Positions 1-10,613 of a stretch of DNA of 64,000 nucleotides are shown in pieces. Each line of letters starts with the position of its first letter. Positions within the stretch are counted from its first letter, which is position 1. The notes beneath the pieces are model-generated. The model saw only the letters and a list, made by a program, of their open reading frames with translations, did no database searches and was not told the DNA's origin. This stretch comes from an uncultured Thermoprotei archaeon (lineage in GTDB: Archaea; Thermoproteota; Thermoprotei; QMSL01; B3-G16), in NCBI GenBank assembly GCA_964517845.1, contig CAZFCQ010000007.1, forward strand, positions 14,087-78,086, read 5' to 3'. A program made the position numbers and the translations under genes.

Positions 1-1
1 A

Positions 2-214
2 ATAGAAGAATTCTTTCCAAAGATATTTGATCGAAGTACAAAGAGGGAGAATATCTTAAGGAAAGCTCATGAAAGAGTTAATGAAATCTTAGAGAGGCAT
101 AAACCTGAATCATTACCACCAGATATAGAGCGTGAATTAGATAAATTCTTTAACAATATATGCAAAAGATACGGAGTGAAAACTCGTCGTCAAAAGAGCT
201 ACTACAGCCCTTAG
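2..214 (+). CDS. 3' fragment (truncated by window) of a probable trimethylamine methyltransferase (MttB) family protein
   Basis: Frame 2 reads ...FPKIFDRSTKRENILRKAHERVNEILERHKPESLPPDIERELDKFF...SP*; this resembles the MttB-family C-terminal signature (AHEKVxEILxxHxPEPLPxDxxxEL). Confidence 0.55.
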   Translation: MEEFFPKIFDRSTKRENILRKAHERVNEILERHKPESLPPDIERELDKFFNNICKRYGVKTRRQKSYYSP

Positions 215-328
215 TGATATTTTTAAGAGCGTCTCAATTATGGCCAAACAGAGTTAACGGAGTATCTAATGAGAATATAAGTTTCAGAGAGTTATATACA
301 CATATTGTACATGATGGAGGAATCGAAT

Positions 329-1273
329 ATGAGAAGAGTTGTAGTTTCTGCTCCTGCAAGTATAGCTAATTTAGGATGCTTATTCGATATTGCGGCAATT
401 GCCATAGATTATGCAAGAGATAAAGTCATAGTAGAGGAAGTAGAGAATTCAGGAATTGAGGTAATTTCACTTAGTAAAGAAGTTCCTGGCGGAAAAGCTA
501 ATACTGCCTTTAAAGCCGCAGAGGCTATCCTTAGAAGGTTAGATATGATCGATAATATAGGATTGAGAATTATAGTAGTCAAAGGGGTTAAGAAGGGAAT
601 TGGAATAGGTTCTTCAGGAGCTACAGCAGCCGCTACTGTAGCAGCGATAAAGGAGCTTCTTAAGGAGGATATAAGTAATGAGGAGTTGATACAAGCAGCT
701 GGTGAGGGTGAAAGTGTAGCAGCAGGTTCGCCTCATTATGATAATGTCTCTGCGAGCCTATTAGGAGGTATTACTATCATAGTTAATCAAAGACCAATGA
801 AAGTCATAAGAATTCTACCACCAAGAGAGTTATCACTTATACTTATAACGCCAAAGGTCGTTACTAGAGTTGAGCAGGATAAAGGAAAGACGCAAATAAT
901 GCGCAGTATTCTACCAGATAAGATAAGTTTAAAGGAAGCTGTAGAACAAAACTGTGCTGTTGCGGAATTTATGACAGCTTTAATGAAGGGAGATCTAGAA
1001 TTGTTAGGAGAGGCTATTTCAAAGGGAGGAATTGTTGAAAGAGTTAGAAGTAGGTACATACCTCATTACTGGACATTAAAGGAGATCTCGTTAAAGGCAG
1101 GAGGACTAGGAGCGAATATTTCAGGTGCAGGACCATCTATTTTTGTAATAGTAGAAAAGAAAGAGTCAATAGATGTTGCACATAAGATAGAAGAGTATAT
1201 TAAGAAGATTAATGTAAAAGCTGATGTAGTAGTTACTCAACCCGATAATAAGGGAGCTATTAGGGAAGAATAA
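329..1273 (+). CDS. thrB: Homoserine kinase
   Basis: APASIANLG, GIGSSGA (GHMP motif), PHYDNV and ISGAGPS motifs; GGAGG RBS before ATG 329. Confidence 0.9.
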   Translation: MRRVVVSAPASIANLGCLFDIAAIAIDYARDKVIVEEVENSGIEVISLSKEVPGGKANTAFKAAEAILRRLDMIDNIGLRIIVVKGVKKGIGIGSSGATAAATVAAIKELLKEDISNEELIQAAGEGESVAAGSPHYDNVSASLLGGITIIVNQRPMKVIRILPPRELSLILITPKVVTRVEQDKGKTQIMRSILPDKISLKEAVEQNCAVAEFMTALMKGDLELLGEAISKGGIVERVRSRYIPHYWTLKEISLKAGGLGANISGAGPSIFVIVEKKESIDVAHKIEEYIKKINVKADVVVTQPDNKGAIREE

Positions 1274-1288
1274 GTTAGAGGGGATTCT

Positions 1289-1864
1289 ATGAAAGAAGTC
1301 GATGTAAAATATGCGGGATCATTATTCCCAACTACAGTAGTCCTTGCTACATGTATAGATGAAGAAGGTAAACCGAATATAATAACCCTTGGATGGGCCA
1401 TGAAAACATCTGGAACTCCACCTATGGTTGCCATAAGCATTGCTCCAGCTAGATACTCACATAATTTAATAGATAAAATAGGAGAATTCGTACTAGCAAT
1501 ACCAACTAAGGAGATAGTTGATAAAGTTCATAAATGCGGAAGAACTAGTGGTAGGGATCTAAATAAGTTCGAAACTTTTGGGTTAACTCCTTTGCCATCC
1601 AAGAAGGTAAAACCTCCTTTAATAAAAGAATGTGTAGCGAACCTAGAATGCAGAGTTGTAGGAAAGATTACTACAGGGGATCATACACTTTTCGTAGGCG
1701 AAGTTGTAGCTGCTCATGTAAATGAGGATTATTTTAAAGAGAACGAGAAGTGTTTAGATTTAGATAAAGCAAAAGTATTGATAACTCATGCTAAAGAGTA
1801 TAGAGAGGTAGGCAAAGTGGTAGCATATAAGCTAAACGGCAACATAAAGCTCGTAAGCAACTAA
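1289..1864 (+). CDS. Flavin reductase-like FMN-binding protein (flavoredoxin family)
   Basis: PNIITLGW, GRTSGRDLNKF, PLIKECVANLEC and GDHTLFVGEV motifs. Confidence 0.85.
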   Translation: MKEVDVKYAGSLFPTTVVLATCIDEEGKPNIITLGWAMKTSGTPPMVAISIAPARYSHNLIDKIGEFVLAIPTKEIVDKVHKCGRTSGRDLNKFETFGLTPLPSKKVKPPLIKECVANLECRVVGKITTGDHTLFVGEVVAAHVNEDYFKENEKCLDLDKAKVLITHAKEYREVGKVVAYKLNGNIKLVSN

Positions 1865-1904
1865 TTAGTCTTTTTACTTTTTATTGAAAATAAGGTAAGG
1901 TGGT

Positions 1905-2567
1905 ATGCGAAGAGGTGCTACCGCTGAAGAGATTGCACGTAGACTTTTGGAGATGTACGGATATAAGGTAATTAGTATAAGGCAGAGAATCCGTATTAAT
2001 GACATAGATATAGGAGAAGTTGATATAATAGCAGAAGATGAGAACGGTGAGAGATACGTAGTTGAAGTTAAATCAGGGAAAGTAGGCGTTGGAGATATAA
2101 AAAATACCTATGCTACTGCTAAGATTCTCAATATGAAACCTATTATAATATGTAAGGATTTCTCTGATGAATCAGCAAAAACTGCGGCTGAAAGATTAAA
2201 AGTCAAAGTCATAAGGATCGCTAAGTACTTACTAATTGAACCTGAAGAGTTAAGCATATTCTTGAAAGAGAGTATAAGAGGAATCATAGAGGACGAGATT
2301 ATCAACATAATAGATGCTTTAATGATAGATCAGGAATCTCTAAAGTTCCTTAAAGTTATTGTAGAAAGTCAGAATATGGATCAATTACTTAAGTTAAGTG
2401 GTTTAAATTCAAGAGAAATAGGTAGAAAAATATCCGATTTAAGGAAGAAATGTAGATTAATGAAAGATGTTAAGGGATTCTACGATCTTAGAAGGAAGGC
2501 AGAATTAATAGTAAGACTACAAGAATTAGTAAAGATTATTAGGAAGATGATACTTGAAGATAAGTGA
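1905..2567 (+). CDS. PD-(D/E)XK endonuclease (YraN/Mrr/RecB-like) with C-terminal HTH-like region
   Basis: AEEIA...GEVDIIA...VVEVKSG catalytic motif. Confidence 0.75.
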   Translation: MRRGATAEEIARRLLEMYGYKVISIRQRIRINDIDIGEVDIIAEDENGERYVVEVKSGKVGVGDIKNTYATAKILNMKPIIICKDFSDESAKTAAERLKVKVIRIAKYLLIEPEELSIFLKESIRGIIEDEIINIIDALMIDQESLKFLKVIVESQNMDQLLKLSGLNSREIGRKISDLRKKCRLMKDVKGFYDLRRKAELIVRLQELVKIIRKMILEDK

Positions 2568-2616
2568 ATGAAGAGGTAGCTCGCGGCTGAATGATGATGA
2601 GGTCGTCGATCACGGA
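2568..2616 (+). ncRNA. Candidate box C/D methylation-guide sRNA
   Basis: C ATGAAGA (2568), 12-nt guide GGTAGCTCGCGG, D' CTGA (2587), C' ATGATGA (2594), 12-nt guide GGTCGTCGATCA, D CGGA (2613); GC-rich guides in an AT-rich intergenic region. Confidence 0.7.
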
Positions 2617-2668
2617 TTATGGAATATAAGCTAGATTTTAGGTTGTGAAAACTAAAAGATGTAGTTTT

Positions 2669-4627
2669 TTACATATTTATGATCTCACCAGTATTCTCTA
2701 CGACTTTTATGCCAGGCATTTTCATTAGGATCTCTCTAGCTCTGTTAGAAGAGAGGAAAGAGAGGAAGTGCTTAATTATTGGATAACTTAGTCGTGACTT
2801 AGGGATGAGAAAATCATATTCTTCTTCAGCTATGGGAATAAAGTCTAAATTATAGAGTCTAGCAACGTACTCTACACCTAACCCTACATCTGCTTTACCT
2901 TGAGCTATTGCTGAAGCTACCGCTGTATGAGTTCTTACCTCCAAGTGATAACCGTTAATTCTTGAAATTATTTCATTGTAGCTTAACCCTAGTTCAGAAG
3001 CTAGCTCCTGAAGTTTTATATCCAGAAGTATCCTTGTACCACTTCCTTTGTTCCTATTTATGAACTTTATATCTTCCCTTAGTAAATCTTTTAAGTTTCT
3101 AATTCCTTTTGGATTTCCTTTTGCTACTATTAGACCTTGAGTACGAAGATACCCCTTAACTAAGGCTACTTTCTCTTTGGCTTTATACATTCTTAGATAG
3201 GGCATATTATACTCCATAGATATTGGATCTAGTAAATGGACACCAGCAATATCCGCTTCTCCTCTTATTACAGAGAGGAGACCTTCCGTAGAGCCAACAT
3301 ATATTAGACGTAAATATACGTTCTCTTCCCTACTAAAGGTATGAAGCAAGATTTCAGCTCCTGGGCAGTTGCTTCCTATAAAGACTAGATCTGGTAATAG
3401 AGTATTAGGTAGTAGATACGCCTGTACTTCTTCACCAGCTTTTAATACATCTCTATCGCCGAATACTTTAATTAAGCCATCAGCCATCCAGATACTCGAA
3501 ATTAAGCCAGATCCACGGAATGTAGGATAGGCTATTAGCTCTTCTCTGTTAATTAATGCTACGGGGATTATATTCAACTTACCTTTCTCTAGCGGAATAT
3601 CTCTCGATATCTTAGCTTTAAGTGTCAGAAATGGAGGGAAGCTACAACCCGACATTTTACATATTACTGGAATCACCAATAGGAACGCGACTACTGCTGC
3701 AGAGACTGGGTGTCCTGGGAGACCTATTACTAGCTTGTTATTAACTAATGCCACTACTGTAGGCTTGCCAGGTTTTGTCCTTAAACCGTGAAAGAGGACA
3801 TCGCCTATGTCTTCTAATACTCTATAAACTAAATCCTCACGTCCAGCTGAGGTACCACCAGAAAATAACAATAGGTCATATCTATTAACGAAGTTTAATG
3901 CTATATCTCTTAACAACTGATAATCATCAGGAACTATTCCTAAATAACGTACTTCACAACCAAAGGTCTCTAGAAGAGACTTTATAAGAAAACCGTTAAT
4001 ATCGTATATTTGTCCAAGTTCTAAAGGAGTGCCAGGCTCTTTTATTTCATTTCCAGTTGAGATAATGGCTACCTTAGGTTTCACAAATACGCGAATTTTC
4101 TTTATTCCAAGGGATGATAAGATTCCTATCTCTTTAAAGCCAATAATGATTCCTCTTTTGAAGACAATTTCACCTGGCATGAAGTCAGTACCAGCTTCAT
4201 ATATGTTCTCACCTGGAGAAACACTTCTGAATGCAACGATATAGTCGCCCTCTCTATGGGTAAACTCTTCCATTATAACAGCATTAGCTCCTGGGGGTAT
4301 CATAGCACCTGTAGCAACTTCGACAGCTTCGCCCTTGTTTACATAAATATTAGGAACTTCTCCTACATTAACATTCCCTTTTAGCATCAATCTTATAGGA
4401 TGATATTCATCCGCTAGAAAAACGTCATATGCTCTTATAGCATAACCATCTACAGAGGACCTATCAAAGGGAGGAAGCGTTATAGGAGATGTTATATCCT
4501 CCGCTAGTACTCTACCTAAAGCTTTATCGATATCAACTTCTTCAGTTCCTAAAGGTCTGACTATGGAAGATAATGTGTTCAAAGCTTCTTCTATGCTAAC
4601 TAACTTGTGAAAGATTCTTCTCGACAT
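2669..4627 (-). CDS. moeA: Molybdopterin molybdo/tungstotransferase MoeA fused to a C-terminal periplasmic-binding (LysR-type) domain
   Basis: PPFDRSSVDGYA, SGGTSAG and GLPGHP motifs; C-terminal GSTEGL...RNKGSGTR PBP domain; GGGGTG RBS before ATG 4627. Confidence 0.9.
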   Translation of the reverse strand: MSRRIFHKLVSIEEALNTLSSIVRPLGTEEVDIDKALGRVLAEDITSPITLPPFDRSSVDGYAIRAYDVFLADEYHPIRLMLKGNVNVGEVPNIYVNKGEAVEVATGAMIPPGANAVIMEEFTHREGDYIVAFRSVSPGENIYEAGTDFMPGEIVFKRGIIIGFKEIGILSSLGIKKIRVFVKPKVAIISTGNEIKEPGTPLELGQIYDINGFLIKSLLETFGCEVRYLGIVPDDYQLLRDIALNFVNRYDLLLFSGGTSAGREDLVYRVLEDIGDVLFHGLRTKPGKPTVVALVNNKLVIGLPGHPVSAAVVAFLLVIPVICKMSGCSFPPFLTLKAKISRDIPLEKGKLNIIPVALINREELIAYPTFRGSGLISSIWMADGLIKVFGDRDVLKAGEEVQAYLLPNTLLPDLVFIGSNCPGAEILLHTFSREENVYLRLIYVGSTEGLLSVIRGEADIAGVHLLDPISMEYNMPYLRMYKAKEKVALVKGYLRTQGLIVAKGNPKGIRNLKDLLREDIKFINRNKGSGTRILLDIKLQELASELGLSYNEIISRINGYHLEVRTHTAVASAIAQGKADVGLGVEYVARLYNLDFIPIAEEEYDFLIPKSRLSYPIIKHFLSFLSSNRAREILMKMPGIKVVENTGEIINM

Positions 4628-5837
4628 AAATAGCACCCCAGGGGTCTTCTACACGATATACGTCTAATAATTGGTTTTCATCATACCCTTCTAGCTCTTC
4701 AGGTACTATGACTATACCATCAGCATATGCTAAGCTAGATAATATTCCTGAGCCTCTAATTCTTAATGGAGTAGCGTACAAACAACCTTTAATTTCATTA
4801 AGGGTTACGCGTACCATTTCAAGTATACCTAATCTAGAAGGTATTCTCCTAGTAGCTCTAGCTTTATACGGAATTGACTTTATCTCAGCACCATATACTT
4901 TTAGAAGTATAAAAGGCTCTAGGAGAAGTTTGAATTCATTGTAGGCAGCTACAGGGAAACCAGAGAGCATGAAAATTAATTTTTCCTCAACTTTACCTAC
5001 GCCTACTGGTCGTCCAGGCATTATTGAGACTCCATGAAATATTATTTCACCAAGCTGCCTTACAACCTTTGGAGTAAGATCTTTTGATCCTACAGAAGTA
5101 CCTCCTATAGTAACTACCAGGTCATTTTCCATTAGAGCCTGAATAAGGTATTTCTTTATTATTTGAGGCTCATCAGGTAATAGACCATAATCTTTAACGT
5201 TAGCGTACCCCTGTAAGAAAGTTTTTACGACAAGACTTGTTATGTCTAATACTCGCCCATTCTTAACCATTTTGATATCTCTAGTAAGCTCTGAGCCTAT
5301 TACTAAGAGGCCGACATTTAGTTTATTAAAAACTAAGACCTCCTCGACAAGGCTCCTTAGTAGCAGAATAGCTTTCAACGGATCTACTATCTCGCCTTTT
5401 CTTAGGAGAACGCTTTCTTTTTGGACATCTTCTCCTCTTCTAGCAACGTAAGCATAAGGTGGGACGCTAGTAGTGATCTCGATAAACTTCTCATACTCTT
5501 TAACGAATTCCTTAGGAACTACAGCATTTGCTCCTTTCGGTAATGCTTCACCTGTACTTACTCGCTTAGCTTGACCATATGAAATAGATGAAGCTTCATT
5601 AAAGAGCTTTAAAATTATAGGATTAGAGTGTGAGGCAGAGGCTACGTCTTCTGCTTTAACAGCATAACCATCAAATAAAGCAATATTGTCAAATGGAATA
5701 TCTATGTTAGAATGGACTTCTTCAGCAATTATACACCCTATGCTATTCAGTACATTTACTCGTTTAGTTGAAATTTTAGGAATGTTCATTGAGGATAGTA
5801 TATCCCACGCTTCCTTTAATGAGATGAACTTCAGCAT
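4596..5837 (-). CDS. moeA: Molybdopterin molybdotransferase MoeA (second paralog)
   Basis: FDGYAV, GGTSVGSKD, PGRPV and GSGILSSL motifs. Confidence 0.88.
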   Translation of the reverse strand: MLKFISLKEAWDILSSMNIPKISTKRVNVLNSIGCIIAEEVHSNIDIPFDNIALFDGYAVKAEDVASASHSNPIILKLFNEASSISYGQAKRVSTGEALPKGANAVVPKEFVKEYEKFIEITTSVPPYAYVARRGEDVQKESVLLRKGEIVDPLKAILLLRSLVEEVLVFNKLNVGLLVIGSELTRDIKMVKNGRVLDITSLVVKTFLQGYANVKDYGLLPDEPQIIKKYLIQALMENDLVVTIGGTSVGSKDLTPKVVRQLGEIIFHGVSIMPGRPVGVGKVEEKLIFMLSGFPVAAYNEFKLLLEPFILLKVYGAEIKSIPYKARATRRIPSRLGILEMVRVTLNEIKGCLYATPLRIRGSGILSSLAYADGIVIVPEELEGYDENQLLDVYRVEDPWGAIYVEKNLSQVS

Positions 5838-6376
5838 GAAGACTCCCTCAAATGATAAACTATATGACTTATTTCAGGTAAGATAAGCTTCTCTAAAGCT
5901 AGTTTCACAGCGTGGGGTGAGCCAGGCAAACAAAAAACCAAGGTCCCTTTGACTATATATGCAGATGCTCGCGAGAGCATAGCTGCTAAGCCAATTTCAC
6001 GAAAGCTTAAATACCTAAAGAGTTCGCCAAAACCAGGAATTTCTTTTTCAGCATATTTACTAACTACATCAGGAGTTATATCGCTCTTCGAAATTCCTGT
6101 ACCCCCTGAAAATAAGATGACGTCTACATTACCAGCGTACTTTTCTAAAATCTTAACTATATACTCCTCTGAATCAGGAATGAGGTGTCGAGAGAGTATT
6201 TTGTAGTTTGACTTTTTCACTATGTTCTCCATAATATCTCCCGAGAGATCCTCGACTTTTTTCCCTCTTTGAGATTGTATGAATCGTGAGGTGCTTACAG
6301 TAATTAGGACAAAGCTAACTCTCTGAGGTGCTTTAGCCTTATGTACATCTTTAGGTAATCCTATCACATGATCCAC
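5831..6376 (-). CDS. moaB: Molybdenum cofactor biosynthesis protein MoaB/MogA
   Basis: SGGTGISKSDITP, IPGFGELFR and LPGSPHAV motifs. Confidence 0.9.
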   Translation of the reverse strand: MDHVIGLPKDVHKAKAPQRVSFVLITVSTSRFIQSQRGKKVEDLSGDIMENIVKKSNYKILSRHLIPDSEEYIVKILEKYAGNVDVILFSGGTGISKSDITPDVVSKYAEKEIPGFGELFRYLSFREIGLAAMLSRASAYIVKGTLVFCLPGSPHAVKLALEKLILPEISHIVYHLRESSC

Positions 6377-6461
6377 CCATGATTAATTAACGGGATAAAT
6401 TCTATAGTAACTAGTTGATAGGAGTCTATTAAACGATTCAAGTTACAAGAGGAGTATAAAA

Positions 6462-7394
6462 ATGCTCATTGATAAATACAATAGAATCATAGATAACTTA
6501 AGGATCTCCGTCACTAATGAGTGTAATCTTAGATGCTTCTTCTGTCATAGAGAGGGTAATGAAGGAACAGAGGATGTACTGACACCTGAGGACATAGAGT
6601 TCATCGTAAAAGTAGCTGCTAAATTAGGTATTAAGAAGATAAAGATAACAGGAGGAGAACCGCTAATTAGGAACGATATAGTAAACATAGTGGAAAAGAT
6701 TTCTAGAATAAGAGGCATAGAGGATATATCGCTTACTACAAACGGCACTCTACTTAGAGAGAAGGCATCTAAACTAAGGAAAGCAGGGCTAAAGAGGATT
6801 AACATAAGCTTACATAGTCTACGCGAAGATACATATCGTAAAATAACAGGGAAAGACCTACTAAAGAATGTACTTAAAGGTATTGAAGCTGTATTAAAGT
6901 GTAACTATGAACAGGTGAAGGTCAATGTAGTAGTCTTAAAAGGCATAAATGATGGAGAGCTTTATGATATATTAAACTTTGCTAGGAGGCAAAAAGTAAT
7001 ACTCCAACTTATAGAGTTGGAAACTAATTCAAGGGATAGCCTAATGTACAATAATTATCATGTTAGCTTTACGAAAATAAGAAGCTTTTTGCGTAGAAAT
7101 AGCGTAAGATTGATTAAACGTAAAGAACAGAATAGGCCTGTCTTCTATTTAAAGAATGGAGGAATCGTAGAGATAGTAAATCCTATGGAGGATAATAGTT
7201 TTTGTTTAAAGTGTACGAAATTACGTATAACGTCAGATGCAAAGCTTAAGCCTTGTCTTTTTTCAAGAAATTACATTGATATAGCTGAAATAGTTAAAGA
7301 TAGAAATGAAAAAGAGCTTAGTATGGCATTTATTCATGTATTAGAGTTTAGGAGACCATTTTTTGTAAGTACTAAGAAGAGGGTTTCCTCATGA
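6462..7394 (+). CDS. moaA: GTP 3',8-cyclase (radical SAM)
   Basis: [17 protein letters not shown]-terminal FCLKC...KPCL cluster. Confidence 0.93.
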   Translation: MLIDKYNRIIDNLRISVTNECNLRCFFCHREGNEGTEDVLTPEDIEFIVKVAAKLGIKKIKITGGEPLIRNDIVNIVEKISRIRGIEDISLTTNGTLLREKASKLRKAGLKRINISLHSLREDTYRKITGKDLLKNVLKGIEAVLKCNYEQVKVNVVVLKGINDGELYDILNFARRQKVILQLIELETNSRDSLMYNNYHVSFTKIRSFLRRNSVRLIKRKEQNRPVFYLKNGGIVEIVNPMEDNSFCLKCTKLRITSDAKLKPCLFSRNYIDIAEIVKDRNEKELSMAFIHVLEFRRPFFVSTKKRVSS

Positions 7395-7837
7395 GTGAAG
7401 ATGTCAAGATGATAGACATAAGTATGAAACCGACGTCCCTTAGAGTAGCTAAGGCAGAAGGATTTATTAAATTAAAGAAAGAGACAATAGAGCTTATCAA
7501 AAAGAAAAAAGTAAAGAAAGGCGATGTAATAAACGTAGCTAAAGTTGCTGCAATTCTAGCAGTGAAGCATACTTGGGAAATAATACCACTTTGTCATCCA
7601 ATACCTATAACCAGCATTAATATTGACATAAACGTAGAGGATGATGGCATAAGGGTAACATCAGAGGTGAAAGCATACGCTAAGACTGGAGTCGAAATGG
7701 AAGCCCTTATAGGAGCAAGCATAGCGCTATTAACTATATGGGATATGGTGAAAGCTTACGAAAAAGATGAAAAGGGACAGTATCCCTTTACGGAAATAAA
7801 GTATATAAGAGTTATAGAAAAGGTTAAAAGAGTTTAA
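7391..7837 (+). CDS. moaC: Cyclic pyranopterin monophosphate synthase
   Basis: [15 protein letters not shown] and LTIWDMVK motifs. Confidence 0.95.
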   Translation: MSEDVKMIDISMKPTSLRVAKAEGFIKLKKETIELIKKKKVKKGDVINVAKVAAILAVKHTWEIIPLCHPIPITSINIDINVEDDGIRVTSEVKAYAKTGVEMEALIGASIALLTIWDMVKAYEKDEKGQYPFTEIKYIRVIEKVKRV

Positions 7838-7844
7838 TATGAAA

Positions 7845-8249
7845 CTAGGATACCTCACCTCTTGCAATTCTTTTAGCTTCTTCAACTATGCACTCTAATA
7901 CTTCTTCACTAATATATGGAGTTACTATTATGAGCTTATTTGTTGTAAAACCATCTTCACGCCAGGAGATTTCATAAGAAATCTCGTACATGGGTATCTC
8001 GCATTCAGCCTGATTACCTACTCTCTGGAGATTATATCTAGAGACTCTATTAAGAAGGGATACCGACAAGGGAAGCTTAAGGGAGATTTTGTAGTAATCC
8101 TTAAGTACTATGAAATCTGAATTATTTGCATTCCATGAATTAAGAGCCCTGAGGACATAGAGCTTGATAGCAGTCTCAATAGGCTGCTCTATACGCTCTA
8201 TTTTCTCTACTTCGCCATTATTAACAAATATAGCTACAGTCTCTACCAT
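7845..8249 (-). CDS. Conserved archaeal hypothetical protein (DUF2286-like)
   Basis: 134-aa ORF with WxxxxSDFIVL and IPMYEIS motifs recalled from this family. Confidence 0.55.
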   Translation of the reverse strand: MVETVAIFVNNGEVEKIERIEQPIETAIKLYVLRALNSWNANNSDFIVLKDYYKISLKLPLSVSLLNRVSRYNLQRVGNQAECEIPMYEISYEISWREDGFTTNKLIIVTPYISEEVLECIVEEAKRIARGEVS

Positions 8250-8320
8250 TAGTATGACCTCATCGCTATTAACTCTAGAATAAGAGGAATGATATAAACA
8301 TTAAGTTGCCTCAAAGATGT

Positions 8321-8596
8321 TCATTTAGGGTTTAAATATAGAACTACGTCCTTTCTCTTATCAATTACAGAAATGACTCGGTGAAGAGGAATACTTCTTA
8401 CTACTCCCTTATCATCTTTATAAATAAAGAAATCACGGGTAACTCTTATCAATAGGGAACAGTTAATGTACTCTCTACCTTCAGTAGAGCCACGGGATAG
8501 GTAGATAACTTCATAGTCAGCTTTTCTTAAGGTAGGATCATGAAGTATTCTCGATAGGAGATCTCTTAATGGATTACGCGTCAAAATAGACTCCAT
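8321..8596 (-). CDS. DUF504/MJ1316-type RNA-repair-associated small protein
   Basis: LRDLLSRILHD...IYLSRG...IPLHRV motif. Confidence 0.75.
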   Translation of the reverse strand: MESILTRNPLRDLLSRILHDPTLRKADYEVIYLSRGSTEGREYINCSLLIRVTRDFFIYKDDKGVVRSIPLHRVISVIDKRKDVVLYLNPK

Positions 8597-8627
8597 TCTA
8601 TGTAGAGAATAGTTGGGTTAATAAACA

Positions 8628-9005
8628 TTATGAAGGTAGGCCTTCTTCTAACTTAACACCTATCCATACTAGAACTTCATTACCATGAAGTTTACCATAA
8701 ATTTTTATAATTGGGCCCATGTCATAGCTTCTAATTACTCTTAAACTAAAAAGAACGTTCTCAGGTAATTCCACTTTGCTAATGTAATCCTCATATCTAA
8801 CAATTAATGTACGATTTTCATAAAGTTCAACTATGGCAGGTATGCCTATATTTAAGACTTCTACGCCATGGATATTAGATACTTCATACGCTATGTACTT
8901 AGCTATGGGATCTAAATCTACCCTTTTAGGTATTAGGGTAAAAGTTACTATTAGAAAGATTATTACCATTATAACAGTGATTATGGCTAACTCTAAACTT
9001 CTCAT
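8628..9005 (-). CDS. Pilin-like membrane-anchored protein
   Basis: MRSLE followed by a ~20-aa hydrophobic helix and a beta-rich body. Confidence 0.5.
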   Translation of the reverse strand: MRSLELAIITVIMVIIFLIVTFTLIPKRVDLDPIAKYIAYEVSNIHGVEVLNIGIPAIVELYENRTLIVRYEDYISKVELPENVLFSLRVIRSYDMGPIIKIYGKLHGNEVLVWIGVKLEEGLPS

Positions 9006-9045
9006 AGGGTTCCTAATTAAGTCGATACACTAAATATATAAAATT

Positions 9046-9705
9046 TTAATCACAAATCCAACTTTCCCGTTGTAACACTATGACAAAGACAGCAGGAGGT
9101 TCAATAGTGAAGGAGTATATCTCTTCATTATCCACTAATATGTGAATAATATGCTTCTTGATGTAGACTCTTAGATATGTTGAGCGGCTAATGTTGAATA
9201 AGTGAAGTGTGAGTCCTTTTGCCAGATAACTAGGTACTATTTGTACATAGTTAATCATTAAGAAGTACGCATTTATTCCCTTTAAGCTAGAGGAAGAGAA
9301 TAGCCTAATTATAGGCTTTAGTTCTACTATTATAGTACTATAGTTGAGATATACTGTAGACTCTCGTTCGTCAGTATATTTCCATTCTAAAGGAGGACCA
9401 TGTAATAGCCTTGAGGAGCGTGAATGAGATTCTATGAGTAATCTGCTATAACATATGTTAAAATGAATGGGAGTTTCATGAGGAAGCACTACTGTCAAAT
9501 TAATAGAAGAGTTAACCACCACACTTGAAATGGAAAGTCTTATAGGTTGGCTATTTTCTAGAGCGTAACCTATTCTTAGTACTTCGTTAATCTCATATTC
9601 TTCTAGACCTAAAAGAAGCCTATCCCAAGGCCTCATTGTTAAAAGTGAAAGTAGTGCAATAATCATAGTAATGCTTATTAGGAGCATTTTTTCAACTGTG
9701 TACAA
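9046..9705 (-). CDS. Pilin-like/surface protein with N-terminal TM helix
   Basis: MYTVE followed by a hydrophobic helix; several N-x-S/T sequons. Confidence 0.5.
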   Translation of the reverse strand: MYTVEKMLLISITMIIALLSLLTMRPWDRLLLGLEEYEINEVLRIGYALENSQPIRLSISSVVVNSSINLTVVLPHETPIHFNICYSRLLIESHSRSSRLLHGPPLEWKYTDERESTVYLNYSTIIVELKPIIRLFSSSSLKGINAYFLMINYVQIVPSYLAKGLTLHLFNISRSTYLRVYIKKHIIHILVDNEEIYSFTIEPPAVFVIVLQRESWICD

Positions 9706-9797
9706 AGCCCTCTCCCTTATTTTTGAGTATTACAAGAATATCAGTGTAATAATATAAATTAAGGATTTCCTAAAGGTATCTCTGAGAGTGATCCAAA

Positions 9798-10613
9798 ATG
9801 CAAATAACGCTTGATGACCTCAAAATAAATGCTGACTTTGTTGAGAGACGCATAGTCTCATTCATAAAAGAGAAAGTACAAGAAGCTAAAGCTAAGGGAG
9901 GTGTTATAGGATTAAGTGGGGGTGTTGATAGTACTACTACTGCCTATCTTGCTGTAAGGGCATTAGGAAAAGAGAGGGTTATAGGGTTAATAATGCCTGA
10001 TAGAAGAACTACGCCATTAGAAGATGTAAGAGATGCATTAGAAGTAGCTAAGAGGTTAGGAATAAGGTACTATTTAGTTGATATAACAGACTTGTATGAT
10101 ACTGTTTCAAAAATTATACCAATTTTTAAACCCGAGAATTTCAAGGCAAATGGTAATATAAGAGCTAGACTTAGAATGATAATTCTATATTATTACGCTA
10201 ATAGTCTCGACTATATGGTAATAGGCACAGGCGATAGAAGTGAGTTATTGATAGGATATTTCACTAAGTATGGAGATGGTGGAGTAGACATACTCCCTAT
10301 AGGATGCTTGTACAAGACGCAGGTAAGACAAATGGCAGCTCATTTAAATGTTCCAAAGAGAATAGTTTCCAAACCCAGTAGTCCTAGATTATGGCCAGGT
10401 CATGAAGCAGAGAAAGAATTAGGACTTGGTTACGAAGAAATAGATCTAATTCTTCATGGATTAATAGATCTTAAAATGGAGCCTAAGGAAGTAGCCAAGG
10501 CAACAGGATTAGATATATGGAAAGTAATGAAGGTAAAAGATATGATAGAGCATAGTAAACATAAGAGAAGTACACCACCAACACCTAAGATACCTGGTTT
10601 AAATGAAGTATGA
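9798..10613 (+). CDS. nadE: NH3-dependent NAD+ synthetase
   Basis: GLSGGVDS, NIRARLRM and GYFTKYGDG motifs. Confidence 0.95.
   Translation: MQITLDDLKINADFVERRIVSFIKEKVQEAKAKGGVIGLSGGVDSTTTAYLAVRALGKERVIGLIMPDRRTTPLEDVRDALEVAKRLGIRYYLVDITDLYDTVSKIIPIFKPENFKANGNIRARLRMIILYYYANSLDYMVIGTGDRSELLIGYFTKYGDGGVDILPIGCLYKTQVRQMAAHLNVPKRIVSKPSSPRLWPGHEAEKELGLGYEEIDLILHGLIDLKMEPKEVAKATGLDIWKVMKVKDMIEHSKHKRSTPPTPKIPGLNEV

Noticed and set aside
212..217. TAG at the end of the MttB-like fragment as a pyrrolysine codon
   Set aside because: It lies at the natural C-terminus and is followed at once by an in-frame TGA
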